A stretch of 59,727 bases of DNA, filler included, from Basidiobolus ranarum (GCA_040143965.1; 6 parts of 6 records of this genome joined end to end with filler, not necessarily neighbours in it); one strand, 5' to 3'; positions 36,795 through 49,879 are shown, counted from the first letter of the whole stretch. The notes: a model not told the origin generated them from the letters alone. Program-made: numbers and translations.

Positions 36795-39308
36795 TTATTT
36801 TTTGGATTTACCAACTGCCATGCTACGGTTGCCAGTATTCGGCCGTGTATGTGTTTTGGGGCCTTTCTTTTTGAACTTCTTATCGTTCTCAATGTTATTA
36901 TAAGGATCAAAACGCGGAGTTCCACGTTGCTTCCCATCATTAAGAACTTGATGGAATTTGCTCGGATTAACCTCGTCCACTTTGGGTTCTACTCCATCAT
37001 AATCAAACGCCTTAAACTCACCTTGCTTTTGAGTGGAAGTATCATGAATCTGGGTAACCGATTTGCTCTTCTTGTTTGGCCTTTTTCTCTTTTTTTTCTT
37101 TCCGCCAGTGGGTTTCTTTATGATGTCTGTTGGAACATCCATTGTGTCCGTTTCGTTAGGAATCAACACCAAGTTATCGTCCTCTTTTAATACCACACTC
37201 CCTTCATCTTGTTCAAATTCATCGACGCTCTCGTGGCCTCGCTTCTTTGATAAATCAGAAATAACCAATACCTCAAGTTCTTTTTTCATTTTCTTTGGCT
37301 TGACATAAATGTGAACACCTGGTGGCTCTAGTACCTCTTCATCGTTAATTTGGGACATCTCAACTGTAAGTACTAATGAAGAATGAATCTTCTCAGCCAA
37401 CTTTCTGTTGTTTCTTTCAATCTCTAATTCTAATCCTGTCATCTCTTCAAATAGCGATGAAACGTTGGCCAAATATGGCGCAGCATCCACTAGGTTTAAA
37501 GGAGGAACATCGATTTTAGGTCTAGTGCTCGATGCTTTAACAGTCTTATTTTTTGGTTTGGCTTGACTCCTTGACTCCACGATATTAGTAACGTCATGAG
37601 TAGTGTCGGAATGGGGGCGAATTAGTTGTATCTCTTTAAATTTGCTTTTGGATATTCTCGCCTCAGCATCAGATTTGGTTCTAAGAATCAAAAAGGCCAG
37701 GTCCGAGGCAAATAGTCTCACAATTGGAGGAATCGGGCTACAGCACCCTAAGACACCTGGGGTATCGGTCGGCATTCGTTCCGATAGTACAAATAACATA
37801 TGGTTCGGAAGGATATAGCGTGTACTTTCATCTTCGTCTCGAGCTGTTTGATCTCTCCAAGCATGTAACGTTTTAAAAACTGCAAGTTGTCGATAATCCA
37901 TAGCACGATTCCATTTATTGTAGAGATTTCTCCATCCACCAGGGCCTTCCCCAGTTACGGGATTATATAACTCCTTCTCGTAAGTACGTAATGCTGTTTC
38001 TTTTGATCGATCCAATGTGGCGAGAAGTAGATTCAATGTGGCGGGATTGGATTTATTAATTAATTCGTTACGCATACGATCATAAATATAAAGTAAGTAA
38101 TGTGTATCCGTTCTAGCATATTTTAACATTTCGGTCGGTAAAGGACGAATTCGCCAATCAGCAAGCTGATATTTCTTATCAGCATGAATATCTGCGTAGT
38201 GTTTCAACAAGAAAGCCAATGAATGGCTGGGAAATTCCAACACTTTGGATGCGTGAAAAGTATCGAATAGATGCACCACGTAAAGACCCAAATCACGTTG
38301 AAGCCATTGAATATCCATCTCTGCACCGTGCAAAACTTTAATGACTTTTGGGTCTGTAAATATCTTGTTGAGTATATAGAGTGAATTACGCAGTTCGATG
38401 GTATCAATAATGAAGTCCTCGTCACGTGTGCTGAGTTGCATCAAGCACAGGATACCCTGATATGTTCGGTAACTGTGATGCTCCAAATCGACAGCAATTT
38501 CTTGTAGACCTTCTAGCTTCTCCATCATCCGTTGAAGACCCTCTTTGGTGTCTACCCATGTGGCGTTAGTCTCTTCAAATGGAAGATAAAGTTGTTCTCG
38601 TTTTGCTTCCAATACATGTAGTGGGTATGGTTGGTGGCCAAGTTCATATTCGTAAGGATGTGGAAGACTCGTAGTTATATCACCATATCCTATATTTCTC
38701 ACATGGTTGGTCAGTGCATCATTTACTCTATCCTGCGTGAGACTATTTGGCAAACCATAATCTAAGGGAACCAGAGCATTGGGCTTTTCTTTGATTTTTC
38801 TTATCCATGGTGTGTTAGCAGAATTGTCAACAACATCCTTGAACTTCAATTGAGGTCTTAAAATGTTCTGCGCATGAATCAGGTGATATTCAGATTTGTC
38901 TTCAGTGGCTAATTTCGTTACACTAACTGGACTTTGAAATGTAGCGGCAGAAAAGCTAGTGCTTGTTTTTCCAGTACATTCATCTAAACAGACATCCGCT
39001 TTTTCAAGGAGATTATCTAGTACATCTATGACACCATCATACCTATCCTGAACATCATCAGCATCATAATAAGTATCGGTGATGTCACCACCGACATGCT
39101 TTAATAATTCGTTTGATATTCGAAGAACTTTACTGGAACAACCAGCGATTGTCGTAGCCAAATCCAGGTCTAAAGATTTGTGAAAGGATAAATCAGTTGG
39201 TAAAATACTAGCTGCTCGTGTAGCACTCAATAAAGTATCGAAGAAACTGTTTGAAAACGCTTCGAAATCATCTGTAACGTTGGTAAAAGGAATTTCATCT
39301 CCTTTCAT
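36795..39308 (-). CDS. RRP6: Nuclear exosome 3'-5' exoribonuclease Rrp6/EXOSC10, intronless, 837 aa
   Basis: PMC2NT region, HPYEYE, DEDD-Y core (IAVDLEHH, HGAEMDIQWLQRD, YQLADWRIRPL, YARTDTHYL), HRDC domain (WRDQTARDEDES) and basic tail. Confidence 0.97.
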   Translation of the reverse strand: MKGDEIPFTNVTDDFEAFSNSFFDTLLSATRAASILPTDLSFHKSLDLDLATTIAGCSSKVLRISNELLKHVGGDITDTYYDADDVQDRYDGVIDVLDNLLEKADVCLDECTGKTSTSFSAATFQSPVSVTKLATEDKSEYHLIHAQNILRPQLKFKDVVDNSANTPWIRKIKEKPNALVPLDYGLPNSLTQDRVNDALTNHVRNIGYGDITTSLPHPYEYELGHQPYPLHVLEAKREQLYLPFEETNATWVDTKEGLQRMMEKLEGLQEIAVDLEHHSYRTYQGILCLMQLSTRDEDFIIDTIELRNSLYILNKIFTDPKVIKVLHGAEMDIQWLQRDLGLYVVHLFDTFHASKVLEFPSHSLAFLLKHYADIHADKKYQLADWRIRPLPTEMLKYARTDTHYLLYIYDRMRNELINKSNPATLNLLLATLDRSKETALRTYEKELYNPVTGEGPGGWRNLYNKWNRAMDYRQLAVFKTLHAWRDQTARDEDESTRYILPNHMLFVLSERMPTDTPGVLGCCSPIPPIVRLFASDLAFLILRTKSDAEARISKSKFKEIQLIRPHSDTTHDVTNIVESRSQAKPKNKTVKASSTRPKIDVPPLNLVDAAPYLANVSSLFEEMTGLELEIERNNRKLAEKIHSSLVLTVEMSQINDEEVLEPPGVHIYVKPKKMKKELEVLVISDLSKKRGHESVDEFEQDEGSVVLKEDDNLVLIPNETDTMDVPTDIIKKPTGGKKKKRKRPNKKSKSVTQIHDTSTQKQGEFKAFDYDGVEPKVDEVNPSKFHQVLNDGKQRGTPRFDPYNNIENDKKFKKKGPKTHTRPNTGNRSMAVGKSKK

Positions 39309-39813
39309 GTTTGATGACTTAGAAATGCGTTAAAAGATAACAGAAATCGGTAGAAGACGATTCAAAGGAATTCTAAGCAATAATAATAGAGTATGTATGT
39401 GGATAAGGATATGTTTATGGATAATATGCAATAGTCTAGGAGATACTTTATGATGTACAAAATACCAGTTATTCGATTTTACTACAGTGTTTTACTCTAA
39501 AATGAGACGATTGGAAATCCAATTGAGATGATCTGAAAATTCAAATTAGACGATTCACCTTTTCTTCTGGGACGTGTACAACACAGAAAATGAGATGATT
39601 TGCTCTTATTTTTGAGACAAAACCCGGTTCTTTTTCAGACATTATTGTTGGCATCATTAAACAAAAATAATCTGCTGAAAGACAATATATCAGTGATGTA
39701 TTTAAGAAAAAGTTATAATAAATTTTTCTCTTCCTTTTCTTTATGGAACCACCTCTAAAGATTATAGAGCAGTGGGCACTTTTGTTTGTTAATCATATGC
39801 ATATAGACAGAAC

Positions 39814-39913
39814 NNNNNNNNNNNNNNNNNNNNNNNNNNNNNNNNNNNNNNNNNNNNTTAATTAATTAANNNNNNNNNNNNNNNNNNNNNNNNNNNNNNN
39901 NNNNNNNNNNNNN
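39814..39913. other. Artificial contig linker
   Basis: N44-TTAATTAATTAA-N44. Confidence 0.98.
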
Positions 39914-40239
39914 GCCAGGTAAAAGGAGGATTAAACAATTATCGATTACATCTTTATAGGTCGCCTCGTCGAATCCGAGGAGTTGCTGAGTATCGAATTC
40001 CCTTTTCAGGAATGGAAATTAAAAATTTTTAATGTCCATTGATTTGATACATCACCATATTTTATCTCGATTCGTGGTTCTGGATTGAAAATCAAATTGA
40101 GTACACACGGTCCAGGAAGAACATGACATTTTATTTAAAAAGCTCTGACAAGAAGGTAAACATAAATCTTGCCTAAAGTTCTAGGTTGATTCAGCTACGT
40201 TAATTCAATCACTCGAATAAATGTCCATACTCGATTTCT

Positions 40240-41834
40240 TTAAGACTCTGCAGCCTTTTGAGCCTCACGTTCTTTCTTTTTCAAAGCACGCTTACGGATG
40301 TCAATTTGCATTCCTAATTTATAGAAAGTAGATTAAAATGGAGTTAGCCGTGATTCTTACACAATCATTGAATCAAACCTGAAGTCTTACCTAAACTCTT
40401 CATGACCCAAAAGCTCATACTGAATGTGTTGTCAATGAACCAGTTGGCAATGGCATGGGAGGTATATGGACTAGAGGTGAATGGAGTGGAAGCACCTCCA
40501 GAAACACCGATACGAGAAAGAACAGAGGCAACGTATAGTTTAGCAGTTGGAATTAAGAGTGAAGGACGACGGATTTTCGACATGGCAGTGGTCTTTGGAT
40601 ATTCATAAGAAATGATTAGAATGTATTTCTTTGCTTCATAAGAAACACTGAGAACATACCACAAAATAAGTGTTCACATTCTCAACAATAACTCCTTTCG
40701 AAGCAACTTCAGCACCAAGAGCTTGGGAGAATGTGCTCAAAAAGGCTTTACTGGCCGAATAAACGGAAAGGTAGGCAGTAGGGACAAGGCCAGAGAAAGA
40801 ACCGAGATTGATAATAAGACCATTTCGGCTGTAAACATAAATTTAGAAAGTTAACATGGTAATCAATCTTAAATTTTGAATTCAGAGAAAACTCACCGAG
40901 CAACCATCTCGGGAATAACCATTTTGGTCATTTTAAGCATGCCATTAATGTTAACCTCAACAATCTTCTCAATGACTTCATCGCTTTCAATGGCAAACGG
41001 AGTTGGGAACTCGTGATTAGTACCAACGTTGTTAACTAAAAAGTTCATTTAAAAAGAGTTTAACTATTATTCGATAAACTTTGGTTGAAGGTAAGTAACT
41101 TACCCAACACATTGACTTGTAGGGATTCTAAGAGCGATTTCAAGTTAGAAAAATCCTGAGAAGAACCTTTGGTGAAATCAAGTGGGAAAACTTTAGTTTC
41201 TACAGAATACTGCTTTTCTAGATAATATAATCGGGAATAATAAGTTTCTTTGTTGGTTCTATTCAATGCTTGAAACCCTATTTTTTTACCAATTTCGGAG
41301 CTCAACTCTTCCAACTTTGACAAGGTACGAGAAATTAAAACTACGTTGAATTTTTTCTTCGCAAGTTGAACGGTAAATTCTCTGCCGATACCGTCAGTAC
41401 AACCCGTAACAACTATATAGTACAAGAGTAAGTTTAAAAGGCACGTCAAGTTCAACCTTAATAATAATATGACTTACCGGCCCAACCACCTGCACCAGCG
41501 CCGTATTGTTTCAACTTGATAGAAAAATGGAGATCAATAACCAATGAACAGAACATTACTTTAAGATGTACATACGTCAACACCGGTTCTCAAGTAAACA
41601 TCAACAAGAACTTTGAAAAAACTCAAAGAGATTCTAGTCAACCAAAGAGCACCAAAAATGGAACTACAAGCAACACTCAAGGATAAAAGTGGTGAACCTA
41701 ATTGAAAAAAGGGAAATATTAATCGGATGAACTTCTTACAAATTGTTACGCAGAAACATCATACTCTGTACTGTGCTAAAGAAGCTCTCAAAAACCATTT
41801 CTAACTTCAAACTGTTCGAGGTAAAGCCACTCAT
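40240..41834 (-). CDS. IFA38: Very-long-chain 3-oxoacyl-CoA reductase (SDR family), about nine exons
   Basis: GWAVVTGCTDGIGREF Rossmann motif, LVNNVG, catalytic YSASK, AMSKIRRPS, C-terminal IDIRKRALKKKERE; start is ATG 41834 or 41798. Confidence 0.92.
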
Positions 41835-42110
41835 ACTGCATATACATATATATTATAACTGATGATCGATTCCGGATTTTTCATAATTTTTGATGAACAA
41901 ACTTTTCATTTTGCTACTAGTTTAGTCAAGTGCCTTATACAAACTAGATCAGCTTGCTACATCATGATTAGGATATATAATCAGATTCAACATTATCATT
42001 ATTATTCATTTATTCAACAGAAAAGTCATGAGATTTACATGGAATATTACATCTAGGCGAATATGATAGTAAAGGCTTTAACAGTTATTCACACTTTGAA
42101 AATTAAGGGC

Positions 42111-43764
42111 TTAGACACCTTGAACAACTTGGGGATAAGTGCGACGAATTTGTTCAAAAAGTTCAGGTTGGGATCTTTGAAGAGCTTCAGGATCTTCAGC
42201 AAGACATACAAAGGTGGTTGCAGTGCCACTTTGTATAACTTCTCCCACCAGGGCAAACAATGAGAATCCTACAATGAATCCGAAAAATATGAAAACTGTA
42301 GTGAAGTCAGCGTTGCCGTTAATCTCGGGTTTGAACACTTGAATAAAAACGTAAGTAATGATAGAAGTAACTGTGGCTACCAATAAACCACCCATGGTCA
42401 ACACATTTCCAATTAAACTGTCATTGATTATTGCCTCAATACCACGGTCTTGAATAAGTCTCCATGTATCTTTTGCAGCTTGGCAGTAAGGTTTGCCATA
42501 GATAGCAACTTGGGTAAAAGCATAGTGATTGAAGTACTCCACCATTCCTTCAATCCAGGAGAGTAAACATTGAATACAGCAAGCAAGGAAAGCAATGAAA
42601 CCATTGTCGGGATCATTCATAATCTGGCGTAGGATTGCTCTAACTGTTCTAAAGACTGCAATGATGAGTGATCCAAAAGCAACGCTACCGAACGACGTTG
42701 TGCAAGCACGCTTTAGAGAAGAGGGTGTAGGCGAAGCCTCAGCTTGAGGAGTGCCGTAAAAGAAGTAGTAAGAAGCAAATACACCGGATACAGTTACATG
42801 TACTAAGTCCTTGAGCAACTGAGTAGTCCAATATAAGCTGAAGCAGCAGTAGATTAGAACTATTATTAGTTTAGCTGGAGGTGAGCACTGTTGCACACTA
42901 TTTCCATTCCTGTCAATAACAGTTCTACACATATCATTGCCCCCAAAGTAATTGTACGCACCAGCAATTGTGAAGCTCCACCATACAGTGTAGGCAAATT
43001 GCAATACGAGTCCCACAATAGCTACTAATAGAGCCCCATAGTACTTTCTAGTTACACCCGTTACTGTTTTTAGCATTATTGTAGCAAATGGAATCCGTGA
43101 TTTCCACCAAAACCAAGCGAGAAGATAGAGAATCCCAAATATTCCAAACACAACAGTAAGGAAATATTGACGAACGGTGGCATAATAAGCTGCCGTGGCA
43201 AAGTAGAGAAGAACTGATAGAAAGAAGGATATCCGAATTAGCGCACCGGGTATTCTAAAGTTTCAACATTTAGTAAAGGAGTATTAAGAAAGAGAGACCA
43301 TTTTGGTTGTACCTTTGCATCATAATGAAGTAACCAAGTGATAGCACAAAACCGATGGCGCATACACCCAGAAGCAGTAGAGCATTACGCCACGTTAATA
43401 ATCCTTGGTTTACAGGATCGGAACTGTTTTGAGTTGTTCGAGTTATTTCGCGAATTGAGAAAAAGCTAATAGCAATGAAGGCACCAATGTGCAGCCAAAA
43501 CAAGATAGCTGCCCAAACGTCTTGAAAGCCAGGGTTAGGTGAAAATTTATCACCGGCTGAATAATTTTGACCAGCCCCATCTTGAGTGTAAGTAGGTGGA
43601 TTTTGATTTGGAGGAGGTGGTGGTGGTTGATAGTGTCCGGTTTGGGGGTACGGATTTGGTTGTGGTGGAGAGGAATAGTATTGCTGTTGTGGAGGTGGAT
43701 ATGGGCCTTGCGCGTATCCTCCACCATAATTAGTGTCAGGTTTCTGGTTATGATACCCGGACAT
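42111..43764 (-). CDS. PNS1: Choline-transporter-like membrane protein Pns1; two exons (43764-43313, 43254-42111)
   Basis: Pro/Gln/Tyr-rich N-terminus, FQDVWAAILF, RIPFA, RACTTSFGSVAFGSLI, YFNHYAFTQVAIYGKPY, TTFVCLAEDP. Confidence 0.93.
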
Positions 43765-44686
43765 GACGAACTTTAGCGAAAAATAAAAGTTTAAATTGAT
43801 ACAAAAGATGCACTGGGAACGTAACTGTCGTGACAAATAATGTACTGCACTTCTGATCTCACGTAAGTCTTATATAGAGTTGAATCGGCTTCAACATTTA
43901 TGAAGTAATGCACCAAAAATAGCCAGTCACCATGAACCAAGCCATAGTCATCCAATCAATTAATAAATGCTGACTGCGCGAAACATTCGATTTGTTTCAG
44001 AAAAATGGCATAAATCCCATCGAATCAACAGCGATGACAAGATCTTCAATATTGTATTAGGATATTATTGGAGAGGCTATTTTATTATTATAGTTCTAAA
44101 TTGATTATTCGATGACCGAGTTGCCAAGATGCTGTTTGTGGCTTTGTGCATTCAGAAGCTCCAAATAAACAATGTTTAATGCATGTAATCATCCTGAAAA
44201 AAGTGATGAGTTTTCATTCGAGGGTTGATGCAAGCCTATGTATCCTATCTAGCCCTAAACAGACAAAGTAACTGCACATGGGAGTAAGAGTTTAGAGGCC
44301 AAAGTATGCTTTTCAGCAAAACATTATAACCCTTCAATTTAGCATTTTACTACAAACCGTTATAGCCCAACAATAGGTTGAGGTACAGGGTGATTCATGT
44401 GCTGTGTTTGTTAGGAAAGAATTGCGTAATGGACATATATAAATATCCCATACATTGGCGTTCATTGGAACTTAGTCTAGAAATTCCATTGTTGCTATCA
44501 TGTGATATAGCTTTTACAACTGTTATCATTATGCTATGAGTAATATGTATTATGTAGACTATCTTGAATTTACAGGGAGTGAGTCAGATGGGTTCAAATG
44601 TCATTGAAAGTAATCTATATTATAAATAGGTCTTGGGTCTGATCAAGGGATGTGTTTGAAGCCGTGCGGACATGTTCTCGTAGCAA

Positions 44687-45856
44687 CTATGGTGAAGAAA
44701 GATTCTCACTCTGACTTTTATCTCGAATATTTCTCAAATCCCCGGACAGAGTTACCAAGTGCAGTTTGTACGTGTTGAGGAGGACTGTGTGTGCTACGAC
44801 TTTGCGTTTGAAATGTTCACGGGAATGTTTAGATTTTAGGGGAAACTGTGTAGGGCTTTTATTGAAAGAGTCGGTCACTGAGGAAGAAGACGAGAATTTG
44901 AAGTTGCTCTTGATACCTTTATCAGCATTCATATCGGGATGATACGAATGTGGGTGTGATCGGTCATTCGCGATCACGAATGCACGTCTAGAAGCGAAAA
45001 AACTGTATTTGACTGGAAGGACGTTTAGTGATAGATTTGGAAGGTTCCTTAGGTAGAACTTCATCGTGTCTATCCTTAGATTTAGTATTTCTGCGGAATA
45101 TATTGGTTGCACCGTTGACCGTGGGATGGATATAGAATTTGGGCGGACTACTGGGAGTTTTTCACGAGAAAGAGACCTGGACGAACCAGAACGGTCTATC
45201 GAGCTTAGGCTTTCGGTTTCATTTGAATCAATAGAATACGTATCTTTTTTCCTGGAATGGTATGAAACAGAGAAATCTTCTGTAGGTTGGGAATTCTCTG
45301 AGATATGCACTTCTTACTGATAGCTTTCGTTTGGAATGGATTGGGCTTCAGAGTGTGTTGAAGTGATTGCCTGAGATCGCTGGATATTGTCTTCAGAAGA
45401 GGCAGAAACACTTATAGGTTGTTGTGAAATAGGGTTATAATTCGAGGCATAACTGGGTCCTGTTTGCTACTCTTTTTAGACCAGGAAGAACAGTCAAGTG
45501 GGGGCACTAATTGGTAACTCAGACATACTTGTTTTTTTGGGCCGGTTGACGATCAGAATATAATGCTGAATCCGAATTCTGAACAGAAAGAGTATTGTTT
45601 GAAACAAAGTCTTGATTAGATATTTCACTAAGGCCGCTATACCCTAGATTAATAAGACGGGTACCTGGAGAAAAGTACACTTGTTCTGCCACTTCGATAT
45701 TTGATGAAATGGGGCTCTTCGCAGGTGATTCCACTGCTGCAAAAAGTGAGGCAAAGTACTGTTCATCTTTTTCTGCACTGGCTACGGCGGCAGAAGGTTT
45801 CTTCGGTGGTTCAGGAAGACTTTTTTAAATAAGGGGCGTTGAATATTTGATAACAT
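44687..45856 (-). pseudogene. Disrupted Ser/Pro-rich gene of unknown function
   Basis: ATG at 45856 joins the SLPEPPKKP...VESPAKSP frame only via a frameshift in an A6 run (45821-45826); in-frame TAA at 45314-45316 lies just before the 207-codon ORF; I found no frame-preserving acceptor after the GTATGT donor near 45528. Confidence 0.5.
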
Positions 45857-47220
45857 GGTTGGTTCTGTGATTATGGGTTTGCTCTTTAGTGGTTAATTTA
45901 AAAGTCGAGCTTTACAGACATAGAGTTAATAGTCTAACTTGGCAAATACAACTATGAGGAAATAATCAGGAAACGAAAGAATTAGGTCTAACTAAACTGT
46001 ACACACCACTGATGGCTCGCCTAGACATGATTCACTCCATACAATACTCACATCAACAAATATTCGAACATCATTGGTTGATTTGTAATATCATGAGTTG
46101 TTTACATTAAAAGTAATAAGGATTGGTTAGAAAATGCTCATTATTGCTTGCTGATGATTGCGAATGGCTCTCGTACAATAGCTGCCAAAACCAATAAACC
46201 ATCAGTGATGACCCTGAGCTTTATTTTGTGTAGATCTTATGCTGAGCCTTACAAGGATTATAGACTAGTCCTAATCCATAGTCTCCAGTTTGCCACTTAC
46301 AGAGTGCTCTACCCAGTTTCACATGTTTCCGGATCGTGTGTTTCTGTTCCGAAGCCTATTGCTTTTATCCAGTCACTGGTTTTATCAGGTCATAACTTAA
46401 ATATTTCTATTAGGAATCAGTGTACATGTGTCCATACAATCCATGATGCTAATATCGTGTACTCCACCTCGTTGGTGGCTTTGGTTGGCTCAATGGACCA
46501 TCATTGATCACACTTGAATTTGTATCACATCTAGATCGTACTACTGATACTTGCAAGCGCGACCTGATCATACTTGGTAGATCCAAAGTAGCTTTACTGT
46601 ATGATGCTTAATACGCGAACTCCATTTCAAACAGGGTAGCTCTAACTAGCTTCTTGCTTTTCTGGATCTTGTGGGTTCAGCCTTGGAAATTGATGTTGAT
46701 GTTACAAAAGAGTCACTGATTGCTGTTATCAAGTTGTATATATTGATTTTCTCAACATAGGATTGTGTACGTGCGAAATCGATAGCTGGTGCGTTATTCA
46801 GGTATTAGTCAGGTACAAATCAGGAAGCTGTCCTTAAATAATCTCCGTTTCAATGGGGTCAGATCACACAAGTATTCGGATTACATATTAGGTACTGTAG
46901 TCGATTCTCACGCATAATCTAAATTCAGACTTGAGTTATTGTCTCCTACACATTAATCACATAGGGTTCAGTCTACGCTATCGTACAAGCACTTTGGTAC
47001 CGTGCAACCAAGAGGTAGAACTTACACATTTGGGTTGGTATGACTACACAGTAAGGGCTAAAGTGTGCAACTTCCAGTATCTCCCTTCTTATAAAAGGTA
47101 ATCGCTGCCCCATACAGCGTAACCGAAATCCACTGTGTTTCACCTCGAAGATTTTTCAGTCGGTAAATTCTCACAATAAAACGGCGCTTAGCAATTCGAC
47201 CACTTCCACTCAATACATAC

Positions 47221-48399
47221 ATGTTGTCAGAAGAAGATTTTTGGAATGAAGTGACAATCATCAGAGGACACACGCTAAAGGTTTCTTTTGTAATCGGATC
47301 AATCTCAGTGGCTTGCTTGTTGTTAGTTCTTTTGGTAGGAATAATGATTCAGTGGTACTATCGCCACGAGTCTACACGGACTTCCTTTACTCTAGCTCTC
47401 TGGATAGCGCTCTGGGATCTGGGATTTCACGTCGGCAATATAATAAGTACGTCAATTATTAAACACGATATTAGCGGCATTTCTCTTACTTGCACCCTAC
47501 TGAGGTACTTTGGGAATATGTTTAAGCTACTCTCGATATTTACAACCGCCATTGTTGCTTTTAACCTGCATCATGTATTCGTGCTCAGAAAGGAGAACTT
47601 TGTTTCATATCAGGTATATTATATGCCTGTGGCTATCCTCTTGACGTTGGTCATCTCAGTTCCTGGCCTGGTTGTCAGTAGAATACAGGGCGTTTGCTGG
47701 TTCGCTAATGCAACGGAAGGATACAAACTATTAATTGCTTGGTGGGCCTCTGGGTATATCTGGATGGTCGCCTCCATGATTTATTCTATAGCAGTTGTTG
47801 TTAGTGTATCGAGAGTTCTCAAGAAACACCAGAGGCAAATGAGTCATGAAGTTTCCAATGGCAGTGGATATTCTAAACGTATTCAACGCAGCGTATTTAG
47901 GATTTCCATGTATCCAGTGATTCCCGTGATCACTTTCACCTTCTCTATTATAGGAAGTAGTCTGGAGTTTATTCGCGTAGGATCGGAAATTGAAAGTGTA
48001 GCCTATGGTATAGTCAGCATATCATGTATCCTCATATCCGATTTCACTGCCTCAGCAACAGGAATACTCACTGCAGTAGTCTTTTGCTTCGATCCGATGT
48101 TGCAACGCTTCATTAACTCCATCAGGGCTTCTTCTGTTAGCTATTACCACAGCTATAGTAAAACAAATTCCTCTACAAAGTCATTCAAGTGTCATGTCAT
48201 CTATTGGTGCTTGAAGAAAGACATTGAGCAGAGCCTTAAATCGGGTGAATTCTCCATCTCATACCATGGTAAATCAGCTGTAGACGAGTTTCCCGAAACT
48301 CATATCATGCTCTCTTCAATAGAACTCATGAATCAAGAAGGTACCGAGATACACCCCTCTAAACATGCAGAATTTAATAAAAAGATCCAATTTCTCTGA
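47221..48399 (+). CDS. Seven-transmembrane GPCR-like protein (cAMP-receptor-like/Git3-related), intronless, 392 aa
   Basis: Seven hydrophobic segments; IAxxD in TM2, Cys before TM3, AFNLHHVF, CWF loop, RISMYPVIP in TM6, GILTAVVFCFDP in TM7; TATAAAAG near 47090. Confidence 0.8.
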   Translation: MLSEEDFWNEVTIIRGHTLKVSFVIGSISVACLLLVLLVGIMIQWYYRHESTRTSFTLALWIALWDLGFHVGNIISTSIIKHDISGISLTCTLLRYFGNMFKLLSIFTTAIVAFNLHHVFVLRKENFVSYQVYYMPVAILLTLVISVPGLVVSRIQGVCWFANATEGYKLLIAWWASGYIWMVASMIYSIAVVVSVSRVLKKHQRQMSHEVSNGSGYSKRIQRSVFRISMYPVIPVITFTFSIIGSSLEFIRVGSEIESVAYGIVSISCILISDFTASATGILTAVVFCFDPMLQRFINSIRASSVSYYHSYSKTNSSTKSFKCHVIYWCLKKDIEQSLKSGEFSISYHGKSAVDEFPETHIMLSSIELMNQEGTEIHPSKHAEFNKKIQFL

Positions 48400-49779
48400 T
48401 ATCCGCTATCCTAGTGATTTTGTATCTTCTCAACTCTCTATTTAGGGTTGGGTTAGTGTTGTGAAGGTATTAAGGTATACCGACCAGTTTAGTAGAGGCA
48501 GTCAGGTAAAAACGCTGAAGCGTATATCGGGTTAAATAGTGTCCAAGCTTGTCAAAGTTGTGGGATATTATGGCAACGCGATGTAAACGCTTCAAAAAAT
48601 ATTTTCAAAGACATAATCAGTGGTCATGGGTGCCCAACAGTGTTTTCTAGAAGTCAATAACTTCCTTTATCATATATAATACATCGCCGTCTCGTACACG
48701 GCTTCTCTTTTCGAAGAGATTTAGATTTTTACTGGTAAAAAAAGTCTGATCATTAACCTCTTCCCATTCGTCTCAAACATTCTTTTCTGTCTGAATTTTA
48801 TTTTCGCTTCATCCAAAAAAGGTAAGTTAAACATTTATTAAGTCATTTTGATTTGTCAAGAAAAAAAGCAACATCGTCCAATTTAAAGCGAGAAAACTGT
48901 AAAGCGAAAACTGTATACTCCAACGTACTCCTTCGTTAGCTCGGAATTTGATGTAAATAAAACTACTTCCAGTTTTTATTTGAAACAATTTGCTTGGCGG
49001 TCGGCTCAAACACAATTATCCGATTTATGATTTTTCATGATGGACTGGGATCTTACACCCTTTTATGATACCATGTGATCATTGATTTTCGTCTCTTTAT
49101 ATTCTTTTTCCATTATCGTTATTGTGGCCAATCATCATACTGATAATTTTACTATCGCAAACTGAATGTAATTGCCATCAATTTGTGAGGAAGAAATATT
49201 TGGGTCCAACCAGAAGGGATTAGTTGATTTATCGAGGAGATTAACCTACTATAATTTGTCAAAACATCGCATATTCTCTCACTTTACTCCTTCTCTCTAA
49301 TCTTGTATTTTACGCTGGAATTTTTACAATCCTTGACATAAACATTCCTATTCCATTCTACACTTTTCTTTGACGGGTCTCAACACGTTCATTATCACAT
49401 TCAATAGATGGCTATTTTTTGAACGCTCCCAATTCAAACATTACAATCTTTGATCAGTCGCCTGTTTCCCTCTGTAACCTATTTCTGGTTACTAATTGTG
49501 TCTTTTATTAGTCACCATCTTTAGTCTACTCACTTCATTATGTTATTCCAAAAATGCAATAATAGTTCCCTTAATGGGCAAAAGAAAAGTTCTACTTCCT
49601 CCTCCCCTTGTATCTCAATAGCTCCCCTTTTCCCCCGTCTTACAAAAACCTTTCTTGGATGTAAAGATACTTCACAAATCAAAGGGTGTGCGATGCCACA
49701 TAGTTGTGCGCTGGCCCCCATGCTGTCTCGCCTATGGTGCAATTTATTCCCTAAAGGGATCTCTCCCATGCAACGATTG

Positions 49780-49879
49780 NNNNNNNNNNNNNNNNNNNNN
49801 NNNNNNNNNNNNNNNNNNNNNNNTTAATTAATTAANNNNNNNNNNNNNNNNNNNNNNNNNNNNNNNNNNNNNNNNNNNN
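49780..49879. other. Artificial contig linker
   Basis: N44-TTAATTAATTAA-N44. Confidence 0.98.

Noticed and set aside
45815-45830. Programmed -1 frameshift at TTTAAAAAA
   Set aside because: The heptamer is not in the canonical X XXY YYZ phase and the gene has further lesions.
49530-49779. ORFs at the end of contig 5
   Set aside because: No recognisable domain and truncated by the linker, so they cannot be supported.
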